This document shows positions 20,375 to 35,255 of a DNA stretch of 46,494 nt, in pieces (the first letter of the stretch is position 1; each line of letters begins with the position of its first letter). The notes beneath the pieces were generated by a model, which did not search any database, was not told where the DNA came from, and saw nothing but the letters and a program-made list of their open reading frames with translations. Both the position numbers and the translations under genes were made by a program. Source of the stretch: Chiloscyllium plagiosum (lineage: Eukaryota); assembly GCF_004010195.1 (NCBI RefSeq), contig NW_025214699.1, positions 1 to 46,494 of the forward strand. The letters run 5' to 3'.

Positions 20375-21080
20375 TGACTGTGTGTCTGCCAGGCTGAAAC
20401 CTGCCCCGACAGCCTCAGATGTACCTGTGCCCATTGTCACCGCTGCAGATATAATCAGTCTTCCTGGGAATCAACTCAAGGAAAGCAACGGGCCTGGACA
20501 TTGTTCCCGGCAGTGCACATAGATCCTGCGTGGACCAATTGGCAAAGGTATTCACAAACGTCTTCAGCTTCTCCTTTCTTCAAGCCGAAGCCCCAACCTG
20601 CTTCAAGAAGACCAACATCATCCTTGTAAGTTAGAAAGCTCATGGAACGTGCTTTAGTGACGACCGCCCTGTGGCTCTGACCTCAATAAACATGAAGTGC
20701 GTCGAGAGGATGGTTATGGCCTTATTCACCTCCAATCTCCCAGCCTGCCCTGATGCACTATAATTTACCTACTGCTGTAACGGGTTCACAATGGATGCCA
20801 TATCCCGAGTCTTGCATTCATCCCTCGAACATCTGGACAACAAGGACACTGCTACTCATTGAATACGGCTCCAAATTCAAACCATGATCCCCTCCAGACT
20901 GACCTGAAAACTCCCTGAACTTGATCACGGCTCCATCCGCTGCAACTGGATCCCCAGGTTTCTGACCAACAGACCACACTCAGTGAAGATAAGCATCTGC
21001 ATCTCCGCCACATTAACACTCAACACTGGAACTCCTAGAGGATGTGTCATCAGGCCCTACTGTACTCGCTGTACACCAAC
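20375..21080 (+). mobile_element. Rex1/Babar-clade LINE reverse-transcriptase fragment, running directly into the satellite
   Basis: Manual translation, with stops and frameshifts: RKATGLDIVPG...CVDQLAKVFTNVF...PTCFKKTNII...DRPVALTSINMKCVERMVM...LHSSLEHLDNKDT...CNWIPRFLTNRPHSVKI...TLTLNTGTPRGCVI. This is collinear with the Rex1 RT up to motif B' (TGAPQGCVLSPLLYSLYTHDC). Confidence 0.9.
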
Positions 21081-21913
21081 AGCAGTGTCCTCGGCCACCT
21101 ACTGTACACCCTGTACACACCCGGGTGTGTCATCAGCCCCCTACTCTACTCCCTGTATGCCCACGCAGTGCCCTCAGCCCCCTACTGTACTCCCTGTACA
21201 CCAAAGGCTGTGTCCTTAGCCCCCGACTGTACTCCCCGTACACACACGGCTGTGTCCTCAGCCCGTACTGTGCTCCCTGTACACCCATGGCTGTGCCGTC
21301 ACCCCCCTACTGCAATCCCCTTACACCCACAGCTATGTCCTCAATCCCCTACTGTACTCCCTGTGCATCCACGTCTGTGTCTTCTGCCCCCTACTGCGCT
21401 TCCTGAATACCCACAGCTATGCCCTCAGCCCTCAACTGCACTCCCTGCACACCACACCCGCAGCCTCCTGCCCTAGTCCCTGTACACCCACAGCTGTGCT
21501 CTCAGCCCACGTCTGTACTCCCCGTGCTCCCACAAATGTGTCCTCAGCCCCCTACTGTTCTCGCCATATACCCATGGCTGTGTCCTCTGCGCCCTACTGC
21601 CCTCCCTGAATACCCACAGCTGTGGCCTCAGCCCCCTACTGCACTCCTTGTAAACCCACGGCTGTGTCCTCAGCCCCCTACTGTACCCACTGTACACCCA
21701 CGGCAGTGCCCTCAGCCCCCTTCTGTAGCACCTGTATAACCACAGATATTCACTAAGTCCCCAACAGTACTCCCTGCACACCCAAGGCTGTTCACTCAGC
21801 CCCCTACTGTATCCCCTGTACACCCATGGCTGTGTCCTCAGCACTCTACTATACTCCCTAGACACCCCGGCTGTGCCCTCAGCCGGCTACTGTACTCCCT
21901 GTGCACCCCAGCT

Positions 21914-22189
21914 NNNNNNNNNNNNNNNNNNNNNNNNNNNNNNNNNNNNNNNNNNNNNNNNNNNNNNNNNNNNNNNNNNNNNNNNNNNNNNNNNNNNNNN
22001 NNNNNNNNNNNNNNNNNNNNNNNNNNNNNNNNNNNNNNNNNNNNNNNNNNNNNNNNNNNNNNNNNNNNNNNNNNNNNNNNNNNNNNNNNNNNNNNNNNNN
22101 NNNNNNNNNNNNNNNNNNNNNNNNNNNNNNNNNNNNNNNNNNNNNNNNNNNNNNNNNNNNNNNNNNNNNNNNNNNNNNNNNNNNNNNNN
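21914..22189. other. Assembly gap (N run)
   Basis: Run of N. Confidence 0.99.
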
Positions 22190-25100
22190 CCCACTACTGT
22201 ACTCCCTGTATACCCACTGCTGTGTCCACAGCCTCCAATTGTACTCCATGTATACTCGCTGCTGTGTCTTTAGCCCCTACTGTACTCCCCGTATACCCAC
22301 TGCTGTGTCTTCAGACCCCTACTGTATTCCCTGTACATGCAAGGCTGTTCACTCAGTCCGCTACTGTTCTCCCTGTGCACCCCAGCTGCGTCCTCAGCCT
22401 GCTACTGTACTCCATGTGCACCCATGTCTATGCCCTCAGCCCACTATTGTACTCCCTGTATACCCACTATTGTGCTCTCAGCACCCTGCTAAACTACCCG
22501 TACACACACGGTTGTGTCCTCAGCCCCCTAATGTTTTCCCCGTACACTCACAGCTGTGCCCTCAGCCCCCTCACTGTACTCCCCGTGCAAGCCAACTGCG
22601 TCCTCAGCCCCCTACTGTACTCCCAGTACACCTATGTCTGTGCCCTCAGCCCACTACTGTACTCCCTGTATACCCACTGCTGTGTCCACAGCCCTCTATT
22701 GTACTCCCTGTGTACCCACTGCTGTGTCCTCAGACCCTTACTGTACTCCCTGCATACCCACTACTGTGCCTTCAGCACCCTCCTAAGCTACCCGTACACA
22801 CACGGCACTGTCATCAACCCCTTCCTGTACCACCTGCATAGCTACGGCTGTGCCCTCAGCATCCTACTGAACTCCCTGGACACCCGGGTTTTCCCTCAGT
22901 CCACTACTGTTCTCCCTGTACACCCACGGCTGTATCCTCAGCCTTCTACTGCACTCCCTGTACATACCCCGTGCCCTCAACGCCCTACTGTACTCCCTGT
23001 ACACCTTCAGCAGTGCTCTCAGCCTCCTACAGTACTCCCTGTGCACCCACGGCTGTGTCCTCAGTGCCCTACTAAACTACCCATATACCCACATCTGTGC
23101 CCTCAGCCCAATTCTGTACTCCTCGTACACCAACAAATGTGTCATCAGCCCCCTACCGTTCTCCCCATACGCCCATGGCTGTGACCTCTGCCCCCTTCTG
23201 CACTCCTTGTATACCTACGGCTGTGCCCTCAGCTCCCTGCTGTACTCCCTGTATACCCACAGGAGTTCACTCAGCCCCCTACAGTTCTCCCTGTACACCC
23301 ATGGCTGTGTCCTCAGCCCGCTATTGTACCCCATGTCCTCCCAAGGCTGATCACCCACAGCTGTGCCCTCACCCACTACTGTACTCGCCATACACTCACA
23401 AATGTGTCCTCAGCCCCTACTGTTCTCCCCATATACCCATGGCTGTGCCGTCAACCCCCTTCTGTACTCCCCGTACTCACAAAGCTATGTCCACAGCCCC
23501 ATACTGCACTCCCTGTAGACACAAGGCATGCCCTCAGCCTCCTACTCTTCTCCATGTAAACCGGGACGTGCCCTCACCCTCCTACTGTAACTCCCTGTAC
23601 ACCTACGGCTGTGACTTCATCCCCCTACTTTACTCCATGTACACCCATAGCAGTCTGCTCAGTCGCCTTCTCGGCGGCCCACACACCCAGAGCTGAGCCC
23701 TCATCCCCCTACTGTACTCCCTGTAGACCCAGAGCAGTGCCCTCAGCCTAATACAGTACCTTCCTTACACCCATGGCTGTGTCCTTAGCCCCCTAATGTA
23801 CTCCTGGTACACCCATGGCTGTGTCCTCAGCCCCCTACAATCCTTACTGAATACTCACAGCTGAGTCCTTAACCTCGCTACTGTGCTCCTCGTCCACACC
23901 AGTTGTGCCCTCAGCAACTTACTATACCCTCAACTCCCCGGTTGTGCCCTCAGCCTCCTACTGTATTCCTTGCACACCCCGGCTACGCTCTCAGCCCCCT
24001 ACTGTACTCCCTGTACACCCACAATTGTGTCCTCAGCTATTTACTTTACTCCCTGTACATCCCGGCTTTGCCCTCAGTCCCCTACTGCTCTTCCTATACA
24101 CACACAGCTGTGTCCTCAGCACCCTACTGTACCACTTGTATGCACGCATCCGTGTCCTCAGACCGTACTGTACCCCCTGCATACCCATGGCAGCGCCCTT
24201 ACTGCAATCCCCATGCACCCACAGCTATGTCCACAGCCCACTACTATACACCCTCAAATACGCCCTCAAACCCCTACTGTCCTCCCTGAATACCGACAGC
24301 TGTGTCCTCAGCCCCCAACTGAACCCCCTGTCAACCCCGGATGTGCACTTAACCCCCTACTGTCGCCCCTGTACACACAGCTGTGCTCTTAGGCCCCTAC
24401 TGTACCCCCTGTACACTCACGGCTGTGTTCCCAGCCCCCTACTGCACTCCCTGTACACACACAATAGTGCCCTCGCCCCCTACTGTACTCCCTGTATACC
24501 CACGACTCTGCCCTCAGCCCCCTACTGCACTCCCTGTACACACACGGCTGTGCCCTCAGCACCCTACTGTAACCACTGTCCACCCATGGCTATGTCCTCA
24601 TCCCCTACTGTACTCCCTGCACACACACGGCAGTGCCCTCGCCTCCTTATGTATTCCCTCATACCCATGGCTGTGCAATCTCCCCCCTACTGTACTCACT
24701 GTACACCAACGGCTGAGCCCTCAGCCCATTGCTGAACCCCATGTACACCTCGGCGGTGCATTCAGCCTCCTACTGTACTCCCTGTACACCCACGGCAGTG
24801 CACTCAGCACCCTACTGTACTCCCTGTACATCCATGGCTGTGCCCTCAGCTGTCTTCTATAATCCCTGTACACCCACTGCTGTGACCTCAGCTCCCTACT
24901 GTACTCCTTGTACATCCACGGCAGTACACTCTGCACCCTACTCTCCACCTGTACATCCATGGCTGTGCCCTCAGCTCCCTACTGTACTCCCTGTCCACTT
25001 ATGGCTGTGCCCTCAGCCCCCTTCTCTACTCCCTGTGCACCCTCAGCTGTGCCCTCAGCCCTCTACTGAAATCCATAAATACCCAACTGCTGTGTCCTCA

Positions 25101-28100
25101 ACACTCTACTGTATTCCCCGTACACACACAGCTGTACCATCAACACCCTACTCCACTCCCTGCACACCCACAGATTTGTCCTCAGACCCCTACTCTTCTC
25201 CCTGTAAACAAACAACTGTGTCCTTATCCCGCTACTGTACTCCCCGTACACCCACGGCTGTTCACTCAGCCCCCTACTGTACTTCCTGTATACCCGAGGT
25301 TATGCCCTCAGCCCCCTATTGTACTCCCTGTACTCCCCGGCTGTGTCCTCAGCCCCTACTGTACTCCCTGTAAACCCAAGTCTGTGTCGTCAGCCCCGTA
25401 CTGTACCTCCAGTAAACCCATAGCTGCGTCCCGAGCACCCTCCTGCACTCCTTGTACACCCATGGCTGTCTACTCAGCCCCGACTGTTCACCTGTACACC
25501 CACAGCTGTGCGCACAGCACCCTACTGCACTCCTTGTACACACATGGCTGTGTACTCAGCCCCACTGTACACTTGTGCACCCGCAGCTGTGCCCACAGAC
25601 CCCTACTGCACTCTCTGTTCACCCATGGCTGTGTCCTCAGTCCCCTACTGCTCTCCTTGTAACCACACATCTGTGTTCTCAGCACCTTACTGTACTCCCT
25701 GTTCACCCAAGCCTGTGTCCTTAGCCGCATACTCTATTCGCTGTACACCCCAGCTGTGCCCTCAGCCCTATTCTGTACTCCCTGTACTCCCATGACTGTA
25801 TCCTTTATCCCCCTACTGCACTCCCTGTACTCACTGGCTGTGCACTCACTCACCTACTGTACCCCCTTTAAACACACAGCTGTGTCCTCAGCCGCCTACA
25901 GGACTCCCTGTACGCCCACAGCTGTGCCCTCAGCCCCTACTGTACTCAATCAATACCCACGGCTGTGCCCTCAGCCCTCTATTCTACTCCCTGTACATAC
26001 ACAGCTGTGTCCTCAGCCCCCCACGGTACTTCCTGTACACCCGAGGTTAAGCCCTCAGCCCCCTATTGTACTCCCTGTACATCCACAGCTGTGTACTCAT
26101 CACCCTACTGTACTCCTGTACATCCAAGGCTGTGTCCTCAGCTCTCTACACCCTGTACACCTAGAGCTGTGCCCTCTACCCCAATACTCTACTCCCTGTA
26201 CACCCACGCCTGTGCCCTCAGTCACCTACTGTACTCCCTGTACACCAACGGCAGTGCCCTCAGTCCCCTACCCAACTCCCAGTACACCCCGGCTGTGACC
26301 TCAGCCCCCTACTGTACTTCATATACACCCTAGTTTATGCCCTCAGCCCTCTATTGTATTCCCTGCACTCCCCGGCTGAGTCCTCAGCTCCTACTGTACT
26401 CCCTGTAAACCCAAGTCGGTGTCATCAGCCCCGTACTATACCTCCAGTAAACTCATAGCTGCGTCCTCAGCACCCTACTGCCCTCCTTGTACACCCATGG
26501 CTGTGTACTCAGACGCCTACTGCTCTCCTTGTAACCACACGGCTGTGTTCTTCGCACCTTATTGTACTCCCTATACACCCAAGGCTGTGCACTTAGCCCA
26601 ATACTGTACTCGCTGTACACCGCAGCTGTGCCCTCAGCCCCATCATGTACTCCCTGTACTCCCATGACTGTATCTTTTAGCCCCCTTTTGCACTCCCTGT
26701 ATTCGATGACTGTGCATTCAGCCCCATACTGTACTCCCTGTACACCTACACCTGTACCCACATCCCTCTACTCCACTCCCTGTGCACACACAGCTGTGTC
26801 CTCAGGCCCCAACTGTATCCCTCGTAAACCCATAGCTGTGTTCTCAGCCCCATACTGTACTCCCTGTACACCCACGGCAGTGCCCTCAGCCCCCTACCCG
26901 ACTGCAAATACACTCACAGCTGTGCCCTCACCCCCCTACTCTACTCCCTGCCCACACACAGTTGTGCCCTCAGCCCTCTACTGTACTGTATGAATATCCA
27001 CAGCTGTGCCTTCAGCCCCCTACTTTACTCGCTGTACAAACTCAGCTGTGTCCTCAGAGCCTGCTCTACTCCCTGTACACCGACAGATGTGTCCTCAGCC
27101 CCCTACTGTACTCCTGCACACTCATGGCTGTGTCCTCAGCCCTATAGTGTACCGCCTGTACACACACAGCTGTGGCTTCAGCCGCCTACTGCATCCCTTG
27201 TACACCTGCAGCTGTGTCCGCAGCCCCATACCGTACTCCCCGTACACCCACAGCTGTGTCCTCAGACCCTGCTCTTCCCCCTGTGCACCTCGGCGCTGCC
27301 CTCAGCACCCCACTGTATTCCCGTACACCTATAACAGTGCCCTCAGCCACTTACCCAACTCAAAGTGCACACACGGCTGTGCCCTCAGCCCCCTACTCTA
27401 CTCCCTGTAAACCTACAGCTGTGCCCTCAGCCCCTACTCTACTCTCTGTACACCCACAGCTGAGAACCCAGCCCACTACTGAACTCCATGAATACCCACA
27501 TCTGTGCCCTCAGCCCTCTACTGTACTCCTGTACTGCCACGGCTGTGCCCTCTGCCCCCTATTCTACTTCCTGTACACACACAGCTGTGTCCTCAGCCCC
27601 ATACTCTACTCGCTGTGCACCCTCAGCTGTGTCCTCAGACCCTGCTCTACTCCCTGTATACCAACAGATGTGTCCTCAGCCCCCTACTGTATTCCCTGTA
27701 CACCGACGCTGTGTCCTCAGCCCTCTACTGTACTCCCAGTACACCTACAGCTATGTCCTCAGCTCCATACTTTGCTCCCCGTACAAATACCGCTGTGTCC
27801 TCTGCCCAATCCTCTAATCCCTGTACACGCACAGCTGTGCCCTCAGCCCCGAAGGTACACCCCATACACACACAGCTGCGTCCTCAGCCCTCTACTGTAG
27901 TCCTGTACACCTAAGGCTGTGTCGTCAGCCCTCTCGTGTTCCTCCTGCACACACACAGCTGTGTCCTCAGCCCCTACTGTATCCCTTGTACACCCACAGC
28001 TGCGTCCTCAGCCACTTACTCTACTCCCTGTACACTCACAGCTGTGTCCTTAACCACTTTCGCTTCTCACTATACACCCACAGCTGCGTCCTCAGCCCCC

Positions 28101-31100
28101 TACTGTACACCTTGTACACCTACAGCTGTGTCCTCAGTCCCCTACTATAATTCCTGTACACCTACAGTTGTGCCCTTTGCCCCATACTGCACTCCCCATA
28201 CACCCACGGCTGTGCCCTCAGCCCCCTACTGTAATCCATGTACACCCAGAGCTTGGCCTCAAACCCTGCTCTACCCCCTGTACTCGTTGATGTTGCCCTC
28301 AACACCCCACTCTATTCCTGTACACACACGGCTGTGCCCTCAGCCCCCTTCTGAACTCCCTGTAAACCCATGACTGTGCCGTCATCCTCATACTGTACTC
28401 CCCGTACACACATGGCTGTGCGCTCAGCACCCTATTGTACTACCTGTACACCCACAGCAGCGCCCTCATGCCCCTTTTCTACTCTCTGCACACTCACAGC
28501 TGTGTCCTCAGCCTTCTACTCTACTCCCTGTACACCGACAGCTGTGACCTCAGACCCTGCTCTACTCCGTGTACACCGACAGCTGTGTCCTCAGCGCCCT
28601 ACTGTACTACCTGTACCTCCACAGCTGTGTCCTCAACCCGATTCTATACTCCCCATACACCCACAGCTGTGCACTCAGCCCCCTACTGTATTCCCCATGC
28701 ACCCACAGCTGTGTCCTCCGCCTCCTACTGTATTCCCCGTGCACCCAAGGCTGTGTACTCAGCGCAATACTCTAATTGCTGTACACCCACAGCTGTGTCC
28801 TGAGCCCCCTACTGTACTACTGCACACTCATGGCTGTGTCCTCAGCCCCATAGTGTACCCCCTGTACACACACAGCTGTGTCCTCAGCCACCTACTGTAT
28901 CCTTTGTACACCTACAGATGTGTCCTCAGCCACCTACACTACTTCCTGTACACCGACAGCTGTGTCTTCAGCCCCCTACTGTACTCCATGTACACCTGCA
29001 GCTGTGTCCTCAGCCCCATACCCTACTCCCCGTACACCCACGGCAGTGCCCTCAGCCCCATATTGCACTCCGAGTACACCCTCAGCTGTGACCTCAGACC
29101 CTGCTCTACCCCCTGTACACCTCAGGGCTGCCCTCAGCACCTTACTGCATTACTGTTTACACATGGCAATGCCCTCAGCCTCCTACCCAACTCCCAGTAC
29201 ACTCACGGCTGTGCCCTCAGCCCTTACTCTACACCCTGTACACCCACAGCTGAGCACTCATCCCACTACTGTACTCCATGAATACCCATGGCTGTGCCCT
29301 CAGCCCTCTACTGTACTCCTGTACAACCACAGCTGGGCAGTCAGCCCCCTATTCTACTTCCTGTGCACACACAGCTGTGTCCACAGCCCCCTACTCTACT
29401 CGCTGTATACTCACAGCTGTGTCCTCAGACCCTGCTCTACGCCCTGTACACCAACAGCTGTGCCCTCAGCCCCCTTCTGTACTCCCTGTACACCTACAGC
29501 TATGTCCTCAGCCCAATACTCTAATCCCCGTACACACACAGCTGTGTCCTCAACACTCTACTGTACTCCTGTACACCTAAGGCTATGTCGTCAGCCCTCT
29601 AGTGTACTTCCTGTACACACACAGCTGTGTCCTCAGCCCCTATTGTATCCCTTGTACACCCATAGCTGTGTCCTCAGCCACCTACTCGACTCCCTGTACA
29701 CCCACAACTGCGTCCTTAAGCACCTACTGTACTCCTTATACACCTACAGCTGTGTCCTCAGCCCCCTTCTCTACTCCCTATACACACACAGCTGCGTCCT
29801 CAGCCCCATCCTGCACTCCCCATACACCCACGGCTGTGCCCTCAGACTCTGCTCTACCCCCTGTACACCCCGGCGCTGCCTTAGCACCCTACTGTATTCC
29901 TGTACACAGGTGGCTGTGCCCTCAGCCACCTTCTGAATTCCCTCTTACACCGATGACTGTGTCCTAAGCCCCATACTGTACTGCCCGTACACACATGGCT
30001 GTGCCCTCAGTCCCCAACCGAACTCCGAGTACACTCACAGCTGTTTCCTCAGCCCCCTACTCTCTCCCTGTACACCCACAGCTGTGTCCTCAGACCCTGC
30101 TCTACTCCGTGTACACCGACAGCTGTGTCCTCAGCACCCTACCGTAATCCCTGTACACATACAGCTGTGTCCTCAGCCCCATTCAGTACTCCCCATACAC
30201 CCACAGTTGTGCACTCAGACCATACTGTATTCCCCGTTCACCCACAGCTGTGTCCTCAGCCCCCTACTCTACTCTCTGTACACCCGCAGCTGAGCACTGA
30301 GCCCACTACTGTACTCCATGAATACCCACGGCTGTGCACTCAGCCCTCTACTGTACTCCTATACACCCATGGCTGTGCTATCAGATACTGCTATATGCCC
30401 AGTACACCTACAGCTGAGTCCTCAGCCCTCTACTGTACTCCTGTACACCCACGGCTGCGCCCTCAGACACTGCTCTAATCCCTGTACACCCACAGCTATT
30501 CCCTCAGTCCCCTAAGGTACACCCCGTACACACACAGCTGGGTCCTCAGCCCCCTACTGTATCCCTTGTACACCCACAGCTGTGTCCTCAGCCCCCTACT
30601 CTACTCCCTGTGCACCAACAGCTGTGTCCTCAGCCACCTACCCTACGCCATGTACACTCACAGCTGCGTCTTCAGCCCCCTACTGTATTCCCATTACACA
30701 CTCGGCTGTGCCCTCAGACCCTACCCTATTCTACTCCCCGTACACCCACAGCAGTGCCCTCAGCCCCCTACCCAACGCCCAGTGCACTCAAGGCTGTGCC
30801 CGCAGCCCCAACTCTACTCTCTGTATACCCACAGCTGAGCACTCAGCCCACTACTGTACTCCATGATTACCCACAACTGGGCTCTCAGCCCTCTACTGTA
30901 CTCCTGTACACCCATGGCTGTGCCCTCAGCCCCCTATTCTAATTCCTGGACACACACAGCTGTGTCCTTAGACCCCTACCCTACTCGCTGTGCACCCACA
31001 TCTGTGTCCTCAGACCCTGCTCTACGCCCTGTACACCGACAGATGTGTTCTCAGCCCCCTACTGTACACCCTGTACAACGACAGCTGTGTCCTCAGCCCC

Positions 31101-34100
31101 CTACTGTACACCCTGTACACCGACAGTTGTGTTCTCAAAGCCATACAGTGCTCCCCGTACTCCGACAGCTGTGTTCTCCGCCCCACTGTACTCCCTGTAC
31201 ACTGACAGCTGTGTCCTCAGCCCCTACTGTACTCGCAATACACCTACAGCTGTGTCCTCAGACTCTGCTCTACTCCGTGTACACCGACAGCTGTGTCCTC
31301 AGCACCCTACTGTACTCCCTGCACACCTACAGCTGTGTCCTCAGCCCCATTCTGTACTCCCCATACACCCACAACTGTGCACTCAGCCCCCTATTGTATT
31401 CCCCGTGCACGCATGGCTGTGCCCTCAGCCTCCTACCAAACTCCTTGTACACTCACAGCTGTGTCCACAGCCCAATACTCTAATCCCTGTACACCCACAG
31501 CTGTGTCCTGAGCACCCTACTGTACTCCTGCACACTCATGGCTGTGTCCTCAGTCCTATAGCGTTTTCCCTGTGCACACACAGCTGTGTCCTCAGCCACC
31601 TACTCTACTCCCTGTACACCGACAGCTGTGTCCTCTGCCCCTTACTGTACTCCCTGTACACCAACAGCTGTGTCCTCAGCCCCCTACTGTACTCCTTGTA
31701 CACCTACAGCTGTGTCCCCAGCCCCATACTCCCCATTACACACACGGCTGTGCCTTCAGCCCCTCACTGCACTCCCTGTACACCCACAGCTGTGTTTTCA
31801 GACATTGCTCTAAACCCTGTACACCTCGGCGCTGTCCTCAGCACACTAACGTATTCCTGTACACCCATGGCAGCGACCTCAACCACTTACCCATCTCCCA
31901 GTACACACATGGCAGTGCCCTCACCCCCCTACGGTACTCGCTGTACACCTGAAAGTGTGCCCTTGGCCCCCTATTGTACTTCCTGTACACACACAGCTGT
32001 GTCCCCAGCCCCCTACTCTACTCGCTGTACACCGACAGCTACGTCCTCAGCCCACTACCGTACTCCCTGGACACCAACAGCTGTGTCCTCAGCACCCTAC
32101 TGTACTCCCCATTACACATACGGCTGTGCCTTCAGCCCCCCTACTGCACTCCCCTTATATCGACAGCTGTGTTTTCATACCCTGCTTTAAACCCTGCATA
32201 CCTCGACGCTGCCCTCTGCACACTACTGTATTCCTGTACACCCACGGCAGCGCCCTCAGCCACTTACCCATCTCCCAGTACACACACAGCAGTGCCCTCA
32301 CCCCCTATGGTACTCCCTATACACCTACAGCTGTGCCCTCATCCCAATACTGTACTCCAAATACATTCTGTGCCCTCAACCCCAGAATGTACTCCCTGTA
32401 CACCCACAGCAGTGCCCTCAGGTCCCTACCCAAATCCCAGTACACTCACGACTGTGCCTTCAGCCCCCTACTCTACTCTCTGTACACCCGCAGCTGTGCC
32501 CTCAGGCACTGCCCTACTCCCTGTACACCGACAGCTGTATCCGCAGCCCCCTACTGTACTCCCAGTACACCTATAGCTGAGTCCTCAGCCCTCTACTGTA
32601 CTCCTGTACACCTACGGCTGTGCCCTCAGACACTGCTCTAATCCCTGTACACGCACAGCTATGCCCTCAGCCCCCTAAGGTACACCGCGTACCCACTCAG
32701 CTGTGTCCTCAGCCCCCTACTGTATCCATTGTGCACCGACAGCTGTGTCCTCAGCCCTCTACTCTACTCCCTGTGCACCAACAGCTGTGTCCTCAGCCAC
32801 CGACCCTACGCACTGTACACTCACAGCTGTGTCCTCAGCCCCTATTGTACTCCCAGTACACTCACGGCTGTGCCCTCAGCCCCTACTCTATTCTCTGTAC
32901 ACCCACAGCTAAGCACTCAGCGCACTACTGTACTCCATGAATACCCACAGCTGTGCCCTCAGCCCTCTACTGTACTCCTGTACACCCATGGCTGTGCCCT
33001 CAGCTCCCTATTCCACTTCCGGTACACACACAGCTGTGTCCTCAGCCCCCTACTCTACTTGCTGTGCACCCACATCTGTGTCCTCAGACCCTGCTCTACG
33101 CCCTGTACTCCGACAGATGTGTCCTCAGCCCCCTACTATAGTCACAGTACACCGACAGCTGTGTCCTCAAAGCCATACCGTGCTCCCCTTACACCGACAG
33201 CTGTGTCCTCAGCCCCCTACTGTACTCCCTGTACACTGACAGCTGTGTCCTCAGCCCCTACTGTACTCCCAGTACACCTAGAGCTGTGTCCTCAGACTCT
33301 GCTCTACTCCGTGTACACTGACAGCTGTGTCCTCAGCACCCTACTGTACTCCCTGCACACCTACAGCTGTGTCCTCAGCCCCATTCTGTACTCCCCATAC
33401 ACCCACAGCTGTGCACTCAGCCCCCTATTATATTCCCCGTGCACGCATGGCTGTGCCCTCAGCCCCCTACCCAACTCCTTGTACACTCACAGCTGTGTCC
33501 TCAGCCCAATACCCTAATCCCTGTACACCCACAGCTGTGTCCTGAGCTCCCTACTGTACTACTGCACACTCATGGCTGTGTCCTCAGTCCTATAGCGTTT
33601 CCCCTGTGCACACACAGCTGTCTCCTCAGCCACCTACTCTACTCCCTGTACACCGACAGCTGTGTCCTCTGCCCCCTACTGTACTCCCTGTACACCAACA
33701 GCTGTGTCCTCAGCCCCCTACTGTACTCCTTGTACACCTACAGCTGTGTCCTCAGCCCCCTACTGTACTCCTTATACACCTACAGCTGTGACCTCAGCCC
33801 CATACTGTACTACTCATTACACACACGGCTGTGCCTTCAGCCCCTCACTGCACTCCCTGTACACCCACAGCTGTGTTTTCAGAAACTGCTCTAAACCCTG
33901 TACACCTCGTCGCTGCCCTCAGCACCCTACCGTATTCCTGTACACCCATGGCAGCGACCTCAACCACTTACCCATCTCCCAGTACACACATGGCAGTGCC
34001 CTCACCCCCCCTACGGTACTCCCTGTACACCTAGAGCTGAGCCCGCAGCCCCCTATTCTACTTCCTGTACACACACAGCTGTGTCCCCAGCCCCCTACTC

Positions 34101-35112
34101 TACTCGCTGTACACCCACAGCTGTGTCCTCAGACCCCTACTGTAGTCCCAGTACACTGACAGCTGTGTTCTCAGCCCCCTACTGTACTCCCTGTACACCG
34201 ACAGCCGTGTCCTCAGCCCCCTACTGTAGTCCGAGTACACTGACAGCTGTGTCCTCAGCCCCCTACTGTACTCCCTGTACACCGACAGCTGTGTCCTCAG
34301 CCCCCTACTGTACTCCAGTATACCTACAGCTGTGTCCTCAGACCATGCTCTACTCCGTGTACACCTACAGCTGTGTCCTCTGCCCAATAATCTAATCCAT
34401 GTAAACACACATGAATGCCCTCAGCCCCCTAAGGTACACCCCGTACACAAACAGCTGTGTCCTCAGTCCCCTAATGTACTCCTGTACACCTAAGGCTGTG
34501 TCCTCAGCCACCTACTCTACTCCCTGTACACCTACAGCTGTGCCCTCAGCCCCCTACTGTACACCTTGTACACCGACTGTTGTGTCCTCAAACCCATACT
34601 GTCCTCCCCATACACCCATGGCTGTACCCTCAGCCCACTACTGTATTACCTTGACACCCACAGCTGTGTCAAACCTTGCTCTACTCCCTGTACACCTCGG
34701 CGCTGCCCTCAGCACCCTACTGAATTCCCTGTACACCCACGGCAGTGCCCTCAGCCACTTACCGAACTCCCAGTACACACAAGGCTTGGCCCTCAGCCTC
34801 ATACTGTACCTCTGTGCACCCAAGGCTGTGTCCTCAGCCCGCTAGTGTACTCCATGTACACACACGGCTATGTCCTCAGCCCCTACTGTACTCACTGTAC
34901 ACTCCAGCTGTACCATCAGCCTGTACTCCCTGTACAGCCACGCCTGTTCCCTCTGCCCCCTACCGTACTCCTGTACACCCAAGGCTATGTCCTCAGCCCT
35001 CTAGTGTACCCCCTCTACACACACGGCTGTGTCCTCAGCCCCTACTGCACTCACTGAACACCCCAGCTGTTGCATCAGCCCCGTACTGTACTCCCTGTAC
35101 ACCCACAGTTGT

Positions 35113-35255
35113 NNNNNNNNNNNNNNNNNNNNNNNNNNNNNNNNNNNNNNNNNNNNNNNNNNNNNNNNNNNNNNNNNNNNNNNNNNNNNNNNNNNNNNNN
35201 NNNNNNNNNNNNNNNNNNNNNNNNNNNNNNNNNNNNNNNNNNNNNNNNNNNNNNN
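35113..35255. other. Assembly gap (N run)
   Basis: Run of N. Confidence 0.99.
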